The notes under the pieces: generated by a model
Told to the model about the DNA's origin: nothing
Databases searched by the model: none
The model's input: only the letters and a program-made list of their open reading frames with translations
Source of the DNA: Fimicolochytrium jonesii
Taxonomy: Eukaryota
Length of the DNA: 64,000 nucleotides
Direction of reading: 5' to 3'
Assembly (NCBI RefSeq): GCF_025526975.1
Contig: NW_026515671.1
Location: 620,001 to 684,000, forward strand
Part shown: piece by piece, positions 37,301 to 49,843 of the stretch
Layout: every line of letters begins with the position of its first letter
How positions within the stretch are numbered: the stretch's first letter is position 1
Position numbers and translations under genes: made by a program

Positions 37301-38922
37301 GACATGGCGTATCGGAAAGGCTAACTGCAACAACCCAGGTGGATGTGCAAAGTTCACTGGAGGATCCGTGTACTTCTACCCCGGATTCAACGCCTCACGG
37401 TCAGAAGACGCCATGAAATTCGCACATGAATTCTCGCACTTCCTGTCTCGCCCCATTGGCCTGGAGGCGGTTATGCGTGTCAGGGCATCAAAGGGCATTA
37501 GGATGACGGCTTTCCATGGAAACTTCTTCCTGCGCTCGACCGATCTCCTCTCCCTCCCCAATGTCAGCCCCGACAATTCGTACGCTGTCGAAATGACGCT
37601 GACGGAAAACTTGTCGACATCGCTTGCGTGCTTCCAAACTGCTCTCTTGCACACAAGCAGCACAGGTGGGTTTATTTGCTTTCATTTAGCATTATTCGAG
37701 CTTGCGACTGTTTTAAGCAATACTCACCGTGTCCATTTTACAGGCGAGCGCCGAATCCGCGTCATCACCCTGGCTGTACCTGTAACCAACAACCTGGCGG
37801 ACGTGTTCTCCGCAACAGATCAGTTCGCCGTTGCGTCACTTCTGGCCAAAAAGGGTGAGTGTCTCAGGAGCTGCAAGCTTTGTAATGGCATCGCTAACCA
37901 TGCTGCATTGCTGATTCATGACATCAGGTGTGGAGCGCGCCTTGACGTCGAAAATCGAGGATGCCCGGGAAGCCTTGATGTATAAGCTGGACGACATTAT
38001 GGGATCGTACAAGTCTGCCTTCACGACTTCGGGCCAAGCTGTCCAATTGCTTGTCCCTGAGAACCTGAAACTCTTGCCTTTGATGGTTCTGGGGCTTCTG
38101 AAGAACGTAAGGGCATCATCATTCTGTGTCTCTATACGATGAACCGAAAAGGTATTCTGACATTCGCCTTTAGACGGCGTTCCGCGCAACGAGCACGGTC
38201 TCGAGCGATCTGCGCTCCTATTTGATGGCAATGCTTTACGTCTTGCCTCCGGAGATGTGTCTTGTACAGATTCATCCCCGCTTCTGGCCCTTGCATGCCT
38301 TAGAGCCTCAGGTATGACACGAATGCGAGGTGCCCTACTCGCGGGTTCGAATTTCTGATCTGACCTCAATGCGCGATGGTTACTCAGGTCGGTCTTCCGG
38401 GCGGTGACGGAAAGATTGTGTTCCCACCGTTACTCAACCTCAGCGCTGAGAAGCTCGAGCGCCATGGACTGTATCTTTTGGAGAATGGTCTCGAGATGTT
38501 CTTGTGGGTCAGCCGCGGCACTGACCCCCAGCTGATCCAAAAGCTGTTCGACAAACCATCGTACGACGCCGTGGGTGTCGGAAAGGTAAGCATCAACTGT
38601 CTGGACGGCAAAGGCTGTCTCAAGCATAACCCTGATCCCGCAACTAAATGATGGGCTCATCTACGTAAAATAGACGACTTTGCCCATTTTGCAAAACGAC
38701 TTCAGCACCAAGATCAACAACATCATTGGCAAGGTCCGGGAAGTACGACTGCAGATGATGACCACCTACCCACATCTGTACGTGGTCAAGGAAGACGGCG
38801 ATCCCTACTTCCGCATGCAGTTCCTGTCGCAGCTCATCGAAGACCGCATCGATGCTAGTTACTCATATCCGCAATTCCTCAACGTGTTACGGGAGGGACT
38901 GGCGAAAGTCAGCTCCGCATAA
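34349..38922 (+). CDS. SEC24: COPII cargo adaptor Sec24 (Sec24A/B type), many introns
   Basis: P/G/Q-rich N-terminus, [10 protein letters not shown], zinc finger [14 protein letters not shown]...[24 protein letters not shown], vWA trunk ([19 protein letters not shown]), [20 protein letters not shown], and a gelsolin-like repeat (GLYLLENG). TAA at 38920-38922. Confidence 0.96.
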
Positions 38923-39045
38923 TCCGTTCCTCCCCCGTTGAGCTACATCCCTTCACAACCTCCTTCTCAAAACTCTCTCTGCAACCCCAATGAGCGAAAA
39001 CCCCATCTATCATTTCTGATATTACGACGCCTTTCTTATTAATCT

Positions 39046-40177
39046 TCATTCATGTCCGTACACATCAGCTGGGTACTGCTGGGATTCATTATTGAACATA
39101 ACCCTTTGCAGGCGCTCCTCCAAGATTGCCCGGCGCTCCATTGCGATGACGCTTTGCGAATCCTTCAGTGTGAGCTGCATTTGATAGGTCCTTGTCAGAC
39201 ATCATCCTCGAAAACGGAACAAGCCATGGCATGATCTCACTCACCGGTGGTATTGGCCACCAAGCACGGGCACCTGGGCCTTTCCCTTCTGGTCCCACAA
39301 GCGCCGGCAGATCCCTCAACGTCCCGCACTTTGGCATATCCAGCGCCCACTCGCCTTCGTAGGCCTGCCTCTTCCGTCTATAGATAAACTTGCCCGGTCC
39401 TTCCTTCAAATCATTGAAATACGTCCCCTCATACCGATCTCCATTTGCCAACAACAGCACCCCCTGCCCATGCCTCTGCCCCTGATGCCACTCGCCTTCA
39501 TATACGCTCTTGTCGGAGGCATAGGTCATCCGGCCCCACCCCTGCCGCACGTCGCCTTCCCACATGCCATCGTACGCGCTTCCGTCGTCGTAGAAACAGG
39601 TGCCGCGACCGTGGCGCACGTCGTAGAGCCACTCGCCGGCGTAGACTTTGCGGAGTTGGGCGTCGGGTGTGGGTCTTCGGTGTTTGCCAGAGGCAGGTGG
39701 GCTTTTGCCTTTTAGAGATTGGAGGGATGGCAGGAGTGGGAGGTCGGGCGAGCGGCGCTGGTCGGGCATGGCGGTATTCATTGAGGTGGATGAGGACGGA
39801 CCGACGGGGATGGAATAGGTGCCATAACCAGACCGCTGGTCATCGGACCATTCGCCTTGATAGACGGCCCCGCTGACTGTGTAGAAGTATGTCCCGTTTC
39901 CTACAACGATTCGAAAAGTTGCATTCCATCAGGATCTTGAAGGGCTGACACATCTGACGGCCCGCAACTCCACAACTCAAAACCAACCATCTTTTTTCCC
40001 AGACTTCCAGTCGCCTATATAACGGTCGCCGTTGTTCATGTAAAACGTAGCACGCGGCCCGTTGCGCAGGGATGCCATCTCCTTCTCCTTCCATTTTGGG
40101 ACGTTCACGATATCTGCGTGCCGCTTGATGGCGAGCGTCCGCCGTGTGGGGATCGGTGATGAGGAGCTCATGCTCAT
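39046..40177 (-). CDS. MORN3: MORN-repeat protein, MORN3-like (cilium/flagellum-associated)
   Basis: N-terminal PKWKEKEMASLRNGPRATFYMNNGDRYIGDW is followed by about 7 MORN repeats (YxGEWxxxxRHGxG), LRKVYAGEW, and YEGEWALDMPKCG...WPIPP|LTLKDS. Confidence 0.8.
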
Positions 40178-40505
40178 AGTTCTGCCAACTTTAGAGAGGA
40201 ACTTCGGATGGGAGGATTTCCGATTCAGACTCGAAAGGTATCTCAAGAAGTGCAGATTTATTGCAGGCGTGATAAAGCTTTACCGGGTTTAAGGTTGTTG
40301 GGCTCCATTTGACAGGGTCCAGGCACGATTGACCGCTCACGTCACGGAGTATTCCTACAGTACCTTCCTCTTTCACTATACGCTGATCGCGAACACCTAT
40401 ATCAAGATTACCCGACTAAAACAATCTCTCCCTTGACGTCCTCGTCATCCAGCACATCTTAGTTTACATTCAATTGTCTCAATGTGCTCCTATTTACGTT
40501 CTCAA

Positions 40506-42626
40506 TCAATCAACCATGATATTATGAAAGAATCGTAACCCCTCTATCGTATCATCCCGACATATAACCCCATGACTTTCAGCCATCTGGAAATGTTGAA
40601 CTTTAGCTTTCCCGGCAGGGAGGACGGAGAGATGCAGCCGCAAAGGACGTACCGAAAGCTGTTCCGCTGCCAGCACAACAGACACATGCTCCAATGTGGC
40701 AAGGTCCTGGGCCTGAAGTCCGTCTTTAGCGGCACGGACATGTGCATGAACGCGGGCTATGACTTCCTCGTCCCGATGATTGCTAGACTGCACTACCAAG
40801 AGACCACTGTCAAACTTTCTGACACGGTACGGAAGTCGTAATTCCTCGAATGTATTGCAGCATGTGCGCAGATCATTTGGTGATATTAGAGCTGTTCGGA
40901 TGTGAATTGTTGTTGCGGATTTCATAGGAACGAGAGGGTCAACTCCAACCCACCTGTTCCCCTGGCGCGGTTGAAGAGACAGTAGAGGTCCGTCAGGGCT
41001 ATCATGCCACCATGCTTTGCTAGCACTTTCTCCAAGAAATCCGCTAACTGCCGCGTTAGTTGCTTCGTATATAGGTTTCCGGTTGATTTTCTGAAGATGG
41101 GGTCAATATCCGTTGCAGCGTCCCATGGCGGGAGACGCAGACTGAGGTTTGGTGCACGTACTTGGTCACCGGGCTGGATATCCCTAAGTCTATCAGGTAT
41201 GAACGGAAAGCCACCATTTCCGAGGACTCATCGCCTGATGGGGTGCTCGTCTGCGCAAGTTTTGTGCTGATGTCCTCAGCCAAGCGCACCTGAAAGAAAC
41301 CTTGGTAAGATCCCATCCGGCCGTTTAGCAGTGCAGTGGCATTCATACCATGTCCGCTGCCTTGGCCATCAATGCATCCAGGTCAGTGAAGGCTTCTCCA
41401 AGCGTATCCCCCGTCCGCTGGTTACTTTGCTCAACAGATCGAATAATGCTCGCTGTTTCATTGGCTATAATCAGCACCGGGGAGCTTGGCGTATAAAGAC
41501 ACGTTGAAGTACCCACTGATTCCGCCAAGACCCGGTGATGGCTGTAAAGGAGCACTGCGCAGAGGTTTTTCTTCTGGTACATCCCGCTGAAATCGAAGAC
41601 GTGATCAGACCCAGACTTCATATGCAAACCTCAAACTGCACGTCGAAACCGTACCTCCCACGCCTTCTCGACCAGCGAAGCTTTCAGAGCCTTGAGGAAT
41701 TCTGACATGCCTCCGTTGCGGAACGACAGCTTTATGGAGGCGATGGATGGACTTGCAGGCTCAGGGTTCGGCACACTGTCGTTCTGCCAGCCAGCAATGA
41801 GTTGATCCGCAAGCCGAGAACGGATGTCCCGTTATAGAGAAAAGCAAATGTGATGCGGGCCATACCCTATCAGCAGGTAAAGGTGCTTGGCACATCTCGC
41901 AGTATGGTAGGGCGGCATGATTAAGGAAGGTGCAAGCGGGGCATCGTTTCTGGCTCCGCACGGGGGAATCTGAGCGGCCATCTGCGCTGGCAGAGGCATC
42001 AATGCTTTCGTTCGGCGGGACAGTCCTCTGGACTCCACAGAGCTCGCATTTCACAGGCTCCCGCGTGTTCTCTTGGGCGCAAATCTCGCATGTCCACGGC
42101 CGGAAGGATGAACCGTCCCTCCCTCCATCTAAAGTAGCCCTCGCCTCGGCAGTTGCGGTTAGGCGCGCGGAGCCACTGCCAGGTCTTCCAGCGAGAGTCA
42201 ATGTGATTTTCGGAGACGAAGCTTTCCATATTCCAGCCTGCGCAAGGAAAAGAACGCCAACACAGCAGACATACTTTAGATACTGCGAGAAGAAGACGTA
42301 AAGGCACGGGATGTTAGAACGAACCGCAGAGTCTACATCCTGGACTATGGACAAGGGTAGCTGCAGCCCCGTATCACGAGCATCGTCCACCCATAGCAGT
42401 CTGTGTGTTGTGACGAAAGCTACCCCACTATCGTGTTCCTGCAGGCGCACTTTCCTGTTTTGTTCTGTTAGGCCGTCCCGAGCTGTCATTCAGGAACCCA
42501 GGTACAGTGTGATTTATCTAACCCTTCATATAAGCCCACCTCCTTCTGCAGTACGGAGATCGTCTCCCGCGGCAGTAATGTTGGACGGTGAGCAGCGGTG
42601 AGCTGGAGCTCCGCAAAGTTTTGCAT
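40506..42626 (-). CDS. VPS36: ESCRT-II subunit Vps36 (GLUE domain with two NZF zinc fingers, winged helices)
   Basis: MQNFAELQLTAAHRPTL...VGLYEG, VTTHRLLWVD, SSPKI, WTCEICAQEN...CELCG, CPACTFLNHAALPYCEMC, IKLSFRNGG, EAFTDLDALMAKAADMV, LTDLYCLFNRARG and CRDDTIEGLRFFHN. Confidence 0.94.
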
Positions 42627-43022
42627 GCCCAAAGTCGCTGACCAACTTCAGCAGCTGAGAATAAGCTGAGCTGTCTGACGCTGCTCACTTTGCTTGATTG
42701 TTACGCAGGGTTTCCGAAGGTGTCCAGCGACGCCGGCCTACTCCATTCAATTGAGAGTTCCTTCTGAGCATTTGAGCACTTCGAACTTCGACGCGTCTCC
42801 TATGGATTTGAAGCGTGGCTTCGTCCGTCATTCCCATTTTACCACCCAATGTTGAAGCACTGACGGAGGGGACAGCGGCGAGGCGGCACGCACAGACGCT
42901 GGAGTCGAGTGTCCTACACTGCTACGTCAGCAGGTCGGCCATCGCTTCAGTCTCGGACTTGTTATCGCTCTTGTGAATTGTAGAGCACGAGAGGTAGTCG
43001 TACAGTACATATCGCAGCTACA

Positions 43023-46000
43023 ATGGTGAGCCCGGACGGCGGGAGCATCAAAGCTATAGACAAGGGTTCCGTCCATCGGATTTGCTCAGGGCAGGTCGTA
43101 CTTGACTTAGCAACTGCGGTCAAGGAATTAGTGGAGAATAGTGCCGATGCTGGTGCAACGTCAATAGAAATCAGATTGAAAGAGCATGGTGCCGATGCTG
43201 TGGAAGTCGTAGGTAGGACCTCGCTGTGTATGTTCCCTCATAACACAACTCACGAAATCTCCACAGACAACGGGCGAGGGATTCCTCCGGACGACTACGC
43301 CGCGCTTGGTAGGAAGCGTGCCCTATCCTGCCCCGGTCTCAAAAGCACCGAGTCTCATGCTTTCTCCTGTAGCACTCAAGCATTGGACATCCAAGATTAG
43401 AGACTTTGAGGACATTAACAGCGTCAGCTCTTTTGGCTTTCGTGGAGAAGCCCTAAGCTCCCTATGTGCCTTTGCGAAAGTCGTGGTAACAACGTGTACG
43501 GAGGAGCAAGGACACGTAGGGGTCAAACTTGAATACGACTCCAGGGGCAGGCTGGTGTCCACCGTCCCGGCTCCAAGATCTCGTGGTATTGCCGTCTACA
43601 TCCCGGTGGTTCTCGATGGGACGATGTTGCTGAATCCTTCTGATAGGCACAACCGTGACGCTATCCGATCTGTTCCACAACCTGCCAGTCCGCTTGCATG
43701 AGTTCAAACGCAATCTGAAGAAAGAATTCGCAAAGTGCGTCGGGATTGTTCAAGCCTACGCACTCATTTCTACAGGAGTCCGAATTTCCCTCACTAATCA
43801 GTTCGGAAAGGGGTACGATTCATGGCATCATTACATTACCTGAGCATGACATTGACGTACTGTAATAGTGAACGGACTCGAGTGATTGCAACTCATGGAA
43901 ATCAGTCCTTAACGGACAACGTCTCGAACATTTTCGGGTCGAAGCTCAATGCTCAATTGGTGCCACTAGATTTGACTCTGCAACAGTCGGAGGCTATAGG
44001 TAGAATGTAGGAGAACAATTTCGAACCTGCTTCGCAGTGATTCAAATCGCTGATGTCTGCACTTTGAACAGAATCAAAGTACAAGGTCTTATCTCGCGGT
44101 AAGGCGGTGAAATCTCGAGAACCGTTAGGTGCTGACCGAAACTGATGCGCGATGAAAGGCCATCTCCGCAGTGCGCTAGAAACAGTGGCGACAGACAATT
44201 TATTTTCGTCAATGGACGTCCGTGTGATATTCCAAAGGTAAGCTCCTTTGGCTATGCGTATAATTGTGCGGATCCAAGTCCGTTGACGATCTTGCAGCTC
44301 ACCAAGGCAATGAACGAGGTATACATGTCGTATGTGACACATAAGTATCCAATGGCGATTGTCAACTTTACCATTGCTGCCGGTATGACATGGAGCTTGG
44401 GAGAAGGCGATTGGCAAAGCTTAGCCAAAGGATATCCTGACCCTCGAATACTACACGCCAGGCGGGTACGATGTGAACGTAACACCGGACAAGAGGACGA
44501 TCATGTTGGAAGGTGAAAAAGCAATAGCGGAAGCGCTTAAGGTATCGTTCAGGGTCAAGGGATGAATCCAAACCTCCGTTCATTCGCTGAGATCGCCTAC
44601 TTTCTTAGGAGGACCTCAGAACCTTTTTCGAGTCCCATCAGGGAGCATTCCAGACCCAGACTCCATCCAAGATGATATTCGTCGGAAGTCAAACTCTTAT
44701 CTCAGCAGTGCCATCAGTAGCAACGCCACACAGAACATCAGTACCTTCCGAAATGGACATTCTTTCGAACCTTGCGGACGAGATAATCACGGCAGAATCA
44801 CCCGTTTTGGGTAAAACGAAACACGTCACCCGCTCAATAGTGGTGAAGCACCCATTGGCGCAAGAGTTGCGGGCGGAAGAGTCACGGAAGCGTGCGCGGG
44901 AGATCTCGCCTGGGCGAACATCGCCATCTCGACCCGATGTCCTGAGCATCTCCCCGCATGCTTTGAGGGGTCTACCCCAAGATGATGCAACCGCGGGATC
45001 GCCCACTGAGCAAGCGTTGGATTCTTCGGAATTGCCAAGTCCTTCGGTTTCGCAAAGGCCGAATGCAGCGTCACCACTCAAACGAAGTACATCGGGTCTG
45101 TCCCGATATCTGAACGACATCACGCAAGATGTTCAGGTGGCTATCAACCTTCCACAGATTTTAAAATCAGCAAGCCTCTACCAGCGGCGCCGACAAAACG
45201 GCGTATCCATGTGCGACCGGTATGTAGAGACTGTGCCCGTTGGGGTTGATGAGCAGACAGCTGTTCAGGAGCTGAACAGGAGGATTCGGAAAGAGGATTT
45301 CCGGAAAATGGAGGTTTTGGGACAGTTTAATCTGGGCTTCATCATCGTCCGATTGGGCAATGATCTGTTTATAGTCGATCAGCATGCTAGGTGAGGCATC
45401 TGTTGTCGTCGGCTGACTCGACCAAAGGCTAATGGGGACGAAACTATATACAGTGACGAAAAGTTCAATTATGAGAACCTGCGGAGGACGATGAAGATTG
45501 ACTCTCAGAAGCTGTTCAGGTACATAAAGGCTGAAGCTTGGAATGATCATAAACGGTGCTGACGTTGTTCGGTAGTCCATTCGTGCTCGACCTTACCGCT
45601 CAACAAGAATTGATCGCGGCAGAACATGAAGATGTGTTGAGGTAAGGGGCTCCGGGTGGAACTCTCCGACGCCAACATATCTTACTTACATTATGCGATC
45701 CAGGAACAACGGCTTTCACGTCGCATTTGATGTGGAGGCACCACCTTCCCAACGCGTAAAGCTCCTCGCACTCCCTCAAAGCAAGGGTGTATCTTTCACC
45801 GTTAAAGGTAAAGAAACAGTCTAGGCTGGAACCCGTGAATCAGCCAACCTGAAACCGGAAACTCGCAGATCTTGAAGAGCTTATTCACCGGCTGGGGGAT
45901 GGAGCCGATGAGGACGTCAAGTGCTCAAGGGTCAACACCTTGATGGCCTCGAAGGCGTGTCGAACGGCTGTGATGATAGGGACAGCCTTGGACGCGGGAC

Positions 46001-46271
46001 AAATGAAGAAGGTTAGTTTTTCGAGGTTCCCGCATTTCTTGATTTAGTAAGTGGTTCGCTGTGTTTAGTGCATCGCTTTTGCCTTAGATCGTCCTTCAGA
46101 TGGGTGAGATGGAGCAGCCTTGGGTGAGTATGGATTATTGTTCAACGCGGCTGCTCTAGCAAATATTCATATTTGATTTCGTTGCAGAACTGCCCACACG
46201 GAAGGCCGACGATGCGGCATCTGGCGGACTTAAGAGCCATTGGTGAGGAATACTCCCAGGCACAAGTCTGA
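43023..46271 (+). CDS. PMS1: MutL-alpha mismatch repair endonuclease (fungal Pms1 / human PMS2), ~14 introns
   Basis: [81 protein letters not shown], endonuclease motif [24 protein letters not shown], and [17 protein letters not shown] at 46269-46271. Confidence 0.96.
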
Positions 46272-46464
46272 AAAGCTTAACGAGCGTAGAGCGGGATTAC
46301 CAGAGCTGGTGGCGTACCGTACCGGGAGCAAATGATTGCGCTTGGCAATTGGCATACTCAGATTAGAGTCTTCTATCATTCTCTTACAACTTTTTTTTGG
46401 TTGCAACTGCACGTTTCGATTCAATGCCATTTCAGCATCTCGTACCACGCACGGGGCGCAAAAT

Positions 46465-46484
46465 GGGGGGGGGGGGGGGGGGGG
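46465..46484. repeat. G20 homopolymer
   Basis: A run of 20 G, read directly from the sequence. Confidence 0.95.
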
Positions 46485-47281
46485 ATACAAGCAGCACTTT
46501 TCATTTTTTCGGCAAGCTCCCTGTACCATCGACAAGGACACACCACAGACTCTCGTATGTGCACCTGTAGACGCCACCTTCCTATACATATGGCCGGGTG
46601 TCTACGATGTACAGTGCTTCGAGAAAGTGGGGTGACGGCAATACAGCTCATGTTTGCCAAGCGCACAACTTTTTTTGGCCTTCAATCTCTTGCATCTCCA
46701 TGCGGCGCCCGAAATTGATCAGATCTATGAAGTATGAAATTTTGTCCGTGGTTGGCCGTGCATCAGGCTGGTTTGTGTCCGTGGCTGCACCGGTATTGTT
46801 TTAGAAAAATTTTGACAGCGCGTATGATTTGGGTTGATGCTCATTACGATGTTCATTAATGACTGGAAAGCTTCGCCGTACAACGGAAAATGAAAAACGA
46901 AAGAACGCCCATGTTGAGGGGCTAGTTCATAGTAGGGGCAGGGCTTCACTGCAGCTGGTACCGGCGTACCGCAGAAGCCCGGTTCCCAAAACCGGGTGCC
47001 GAACGTATTAAATTTGATTTAGAAACTGTTTCCCATTAAGATTTGAAAAAAAAAAAAAGGAGAAAACTCGTAGAAAAGGGGTTTGGGCTCACCGCGTCAT
47101 ATGCCCGAGGTGTGCACAGGGCAGGCGTATGCGCTTTGCGTTGCGTACTGGATACGAAGTCCGAGCGAACTTCGGAGGATGTTGGAAGATAAAGTATTCG
47201 CAAGGACTTCCAAGAGGACTCTTTCCGCTTGAGAGAACAAGCACTTGAAATCGACTCTTTTTTGGACGGGAACTGCACAAA

Positions 47282-48573
47282 ATGTCCTCCGCAAGATGGC
47301 CTTCAATATCAGTCTCTCCTGGTGTCCCAACGCCAACAACAACGACGAGTGGCCCTTCCTGGCGAAATTGGTACGTGACGATTCATCCTGACGATGGATA
47401 CCGGCCGATAGTCATACCACAAGGGACACCGGTTTCATGGAGCAACATTTGTGAGCAGGTATGGTCTGGGTATCAACCATATTTTGGCCAATACGCGATG
47501 GACCAAACATATCCTAGATTGCAGGAGCGCACAATATTCCGATAACCACGGCTTCAGTCGGAATAACCTACGTGGGGCCAAACGGCGACGTTTGCCTGAT
47601 AAACGATCAGGAAACATTGAATGGGTTCATGAGAACCGATGCAGAAGAAGGCTACTCAAATTTCAGACTCCTATTACCCGCCAGAAATGCGTATCGTGAA
47701 GTGGACCTGGCGCCTTCTGCTCCCACTGCTTCCAACGCCGGTTTCAACTCGTCGCACATTCAGCCACCCCTCAACGGCGAACCTACGCGTCGCATATACC
47801 CTCCGATGGCGACGAGTCCGGAACAAGATTTGACGGAAGCCCTTAGCGGCCTGGTCCCGGTGGCGGTCGCTTCAGAACAGGGTCTCCGCGGGGACGCATT
47901 CAGCATGCTTTACGATCAAAATTACGGTGCACCGGCGTACGACATGCGATATTATAACGGCAGCAGTGAGCCCCCTATCCCGGCCGAAAGAATGCTCTCT
48001 AGATCCGCAGAGCACTGGTCGTTCGCCCCTCCACCACCAATACCCACTTTCGGCAACCCACTGCAGTACGATACCCGCTATATACCTTCACACCCCGTAC
48101 CAGGTGAACTGCCGATGCCTGATGCAGTCCCAAGCCATTTCCCTTTACAACCGCATTGGACTCGCCCGGATTACAGCATTCCCACACCTTCTATGATATC
48201 CACGATACCTTTTCAAGCGGTTCCACCACCAGCCGATATACCAAACATGTCTCGGAGTCGGCCGCCAAAAGACCCACGCCGAATGAGATCACCGATTGAT
48301 GATATACCACTGGGATTCCACTGCAACCAGGCGGGATGCGGACGCAGCTTCAAGACGAAACATTCTCTCAAAGCACATATGATATGCCATAGGTAAGCTA
48401 CATTCTCTTTTCGCATGGATGCGTTGCAAACCTCGGAAACATAGAACGAACTGGAACTAATTGCCCTTTGCAGCCCTTCGAGAGAGTTCCGATGCACAGC
48501 TTGCCCAATGGAGTTTCGCCGCAAATACGATTGCCAGAGACACATGCGGCAGCAGCATTCGATCGATTGTTAG
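47282..48573 (+). CDS. C2H2 zinc-finger protein with N-terminal PB1-like domain
   Basis: Exon 1 runs 47282-47458, followed by an intron at 47459-47517. The middle is Pro-rich. Two fingers, FHCNQAGCGRSFKTKHSLKAHMICH and, after an intron, FRCTACPMEFRRKYDCQRHMRQQH. TAG at 48571-48573. Confidence 0.85.
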
Positions 48574-49843
48574 ATACGTAATTTATATACCCTTACATTT
48601 GTATTTCATATAAATGTGCAACATACGCCTAAGCTGTGGTGTACGCGTTGCGCCGCTACGCGTCGCCTTTAATGTCGCGCAAGCATGAGTCGGCAATGAT
48701 GCCCAAGATGCACAGGGCGGCGGTGCTAGGCGTTGGGAGACATGAGAGAGGGGATACACGCAGAGACGCAGGGAGCATCTTGCTGCTTCCATTTCGACCG
48801 ATCTCTTCCGAGGGGCTAGATGTCCAATTATACGATTGAGGGATCCGCAGCACAGTCGAAATTCCTCTGCTTTCATTTACCATGAGTGTGGATTCGCGAA
48901 TTCCCAAGTCCTAGGAACGTCTGGATCCGGTGTCAAAAAATGTCAAATGCACCTTGTGACCACAAATGCCATATGGTGTCCATCCTCCTCTTGCGGAGGA
49001 CCTCCATGAGTTGAGGATCATACATACGCATGATTCATAGATGGTCCAGCAGAGTCATTGCTGTCGAATACAATCTGTCGCGCTGAGGGTGCCTCGTATC
49101 GCTCAGGTGCTTGCACACCTTCCTTCATCAAGTTACCGGCTTTTCCTTGGAGTCTATCCTCCTCATTCCTAATATTGAGAAACTTGAAGAGCATTGATAC
49201 CCTTCCCTGGTGAGAGGCGGTGTCCATTCAAGCGGCTGCACGCCGAGTAGTTCGACCGATGTGAAATTAAGACGTTCATCAGGCGGAGAGCTTCACGACA
49301 GACTGGCTGACATCCCACTATCCGATGGCTTGGAGGGCCATGCTGTTTGTTTAGACGCGTTGGCTACTTCATACCACCGTTCTTATCTTTGCCGAGCAGA
49401 ATCTCCCATCAGAGGCACCTCCATGCACCACAAATATGGTTCTTATAGATGAGGAACGAGCTTCGAGACGTTAAAAATCGAGCTACCACAAGGTTCACTG
49501 GACACCGCCGCAGTGCAAAAAAGAGGCGAGAGAGGGAGAAAGAGAATGGGAGACAAAGATGGGACGGCAGTATGACAAGCAACAGTTCTGTATATTTGTG
49601 TGGGAGGGTAGTGTAGATTTTCATAACGTTCGACAGATATCAGTCGGGCGTTTACGAGTAGGGTAGCGATTTGCCGGGTATGTTCTAGATTTTCACAACG
49701 ATTCGGAATGCGTGCCTCCTGCCCAGCTCCAACTATTCAGAACGTTCACCCAGGCCTCCTTATCATCCATGGAACGAAGCACATGGTCGCAAAGGGTACC
49801 GCAGAGGGCGGCGCAAGCGGGGTATATAGGGCTCCATCCAAAA

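Noticed and set aside
11058..46271. Apparent cluster of cell-cycle and DNA-repair genes (SLX4, DMA1, APC1, PMS1)
   Set aside because: They are interspersed with unrelated housekeeping genes over 35 kb, with no evidence of a functional gene cluster.
48900..49460. Possible degraded coding fragments on the minus strand (e.g. MYDPQLMEVLRKRRMDTIW)
   Set aside because: No family could be recognised, and it may include the 3'UTR of the Zn2Cys6 gene.
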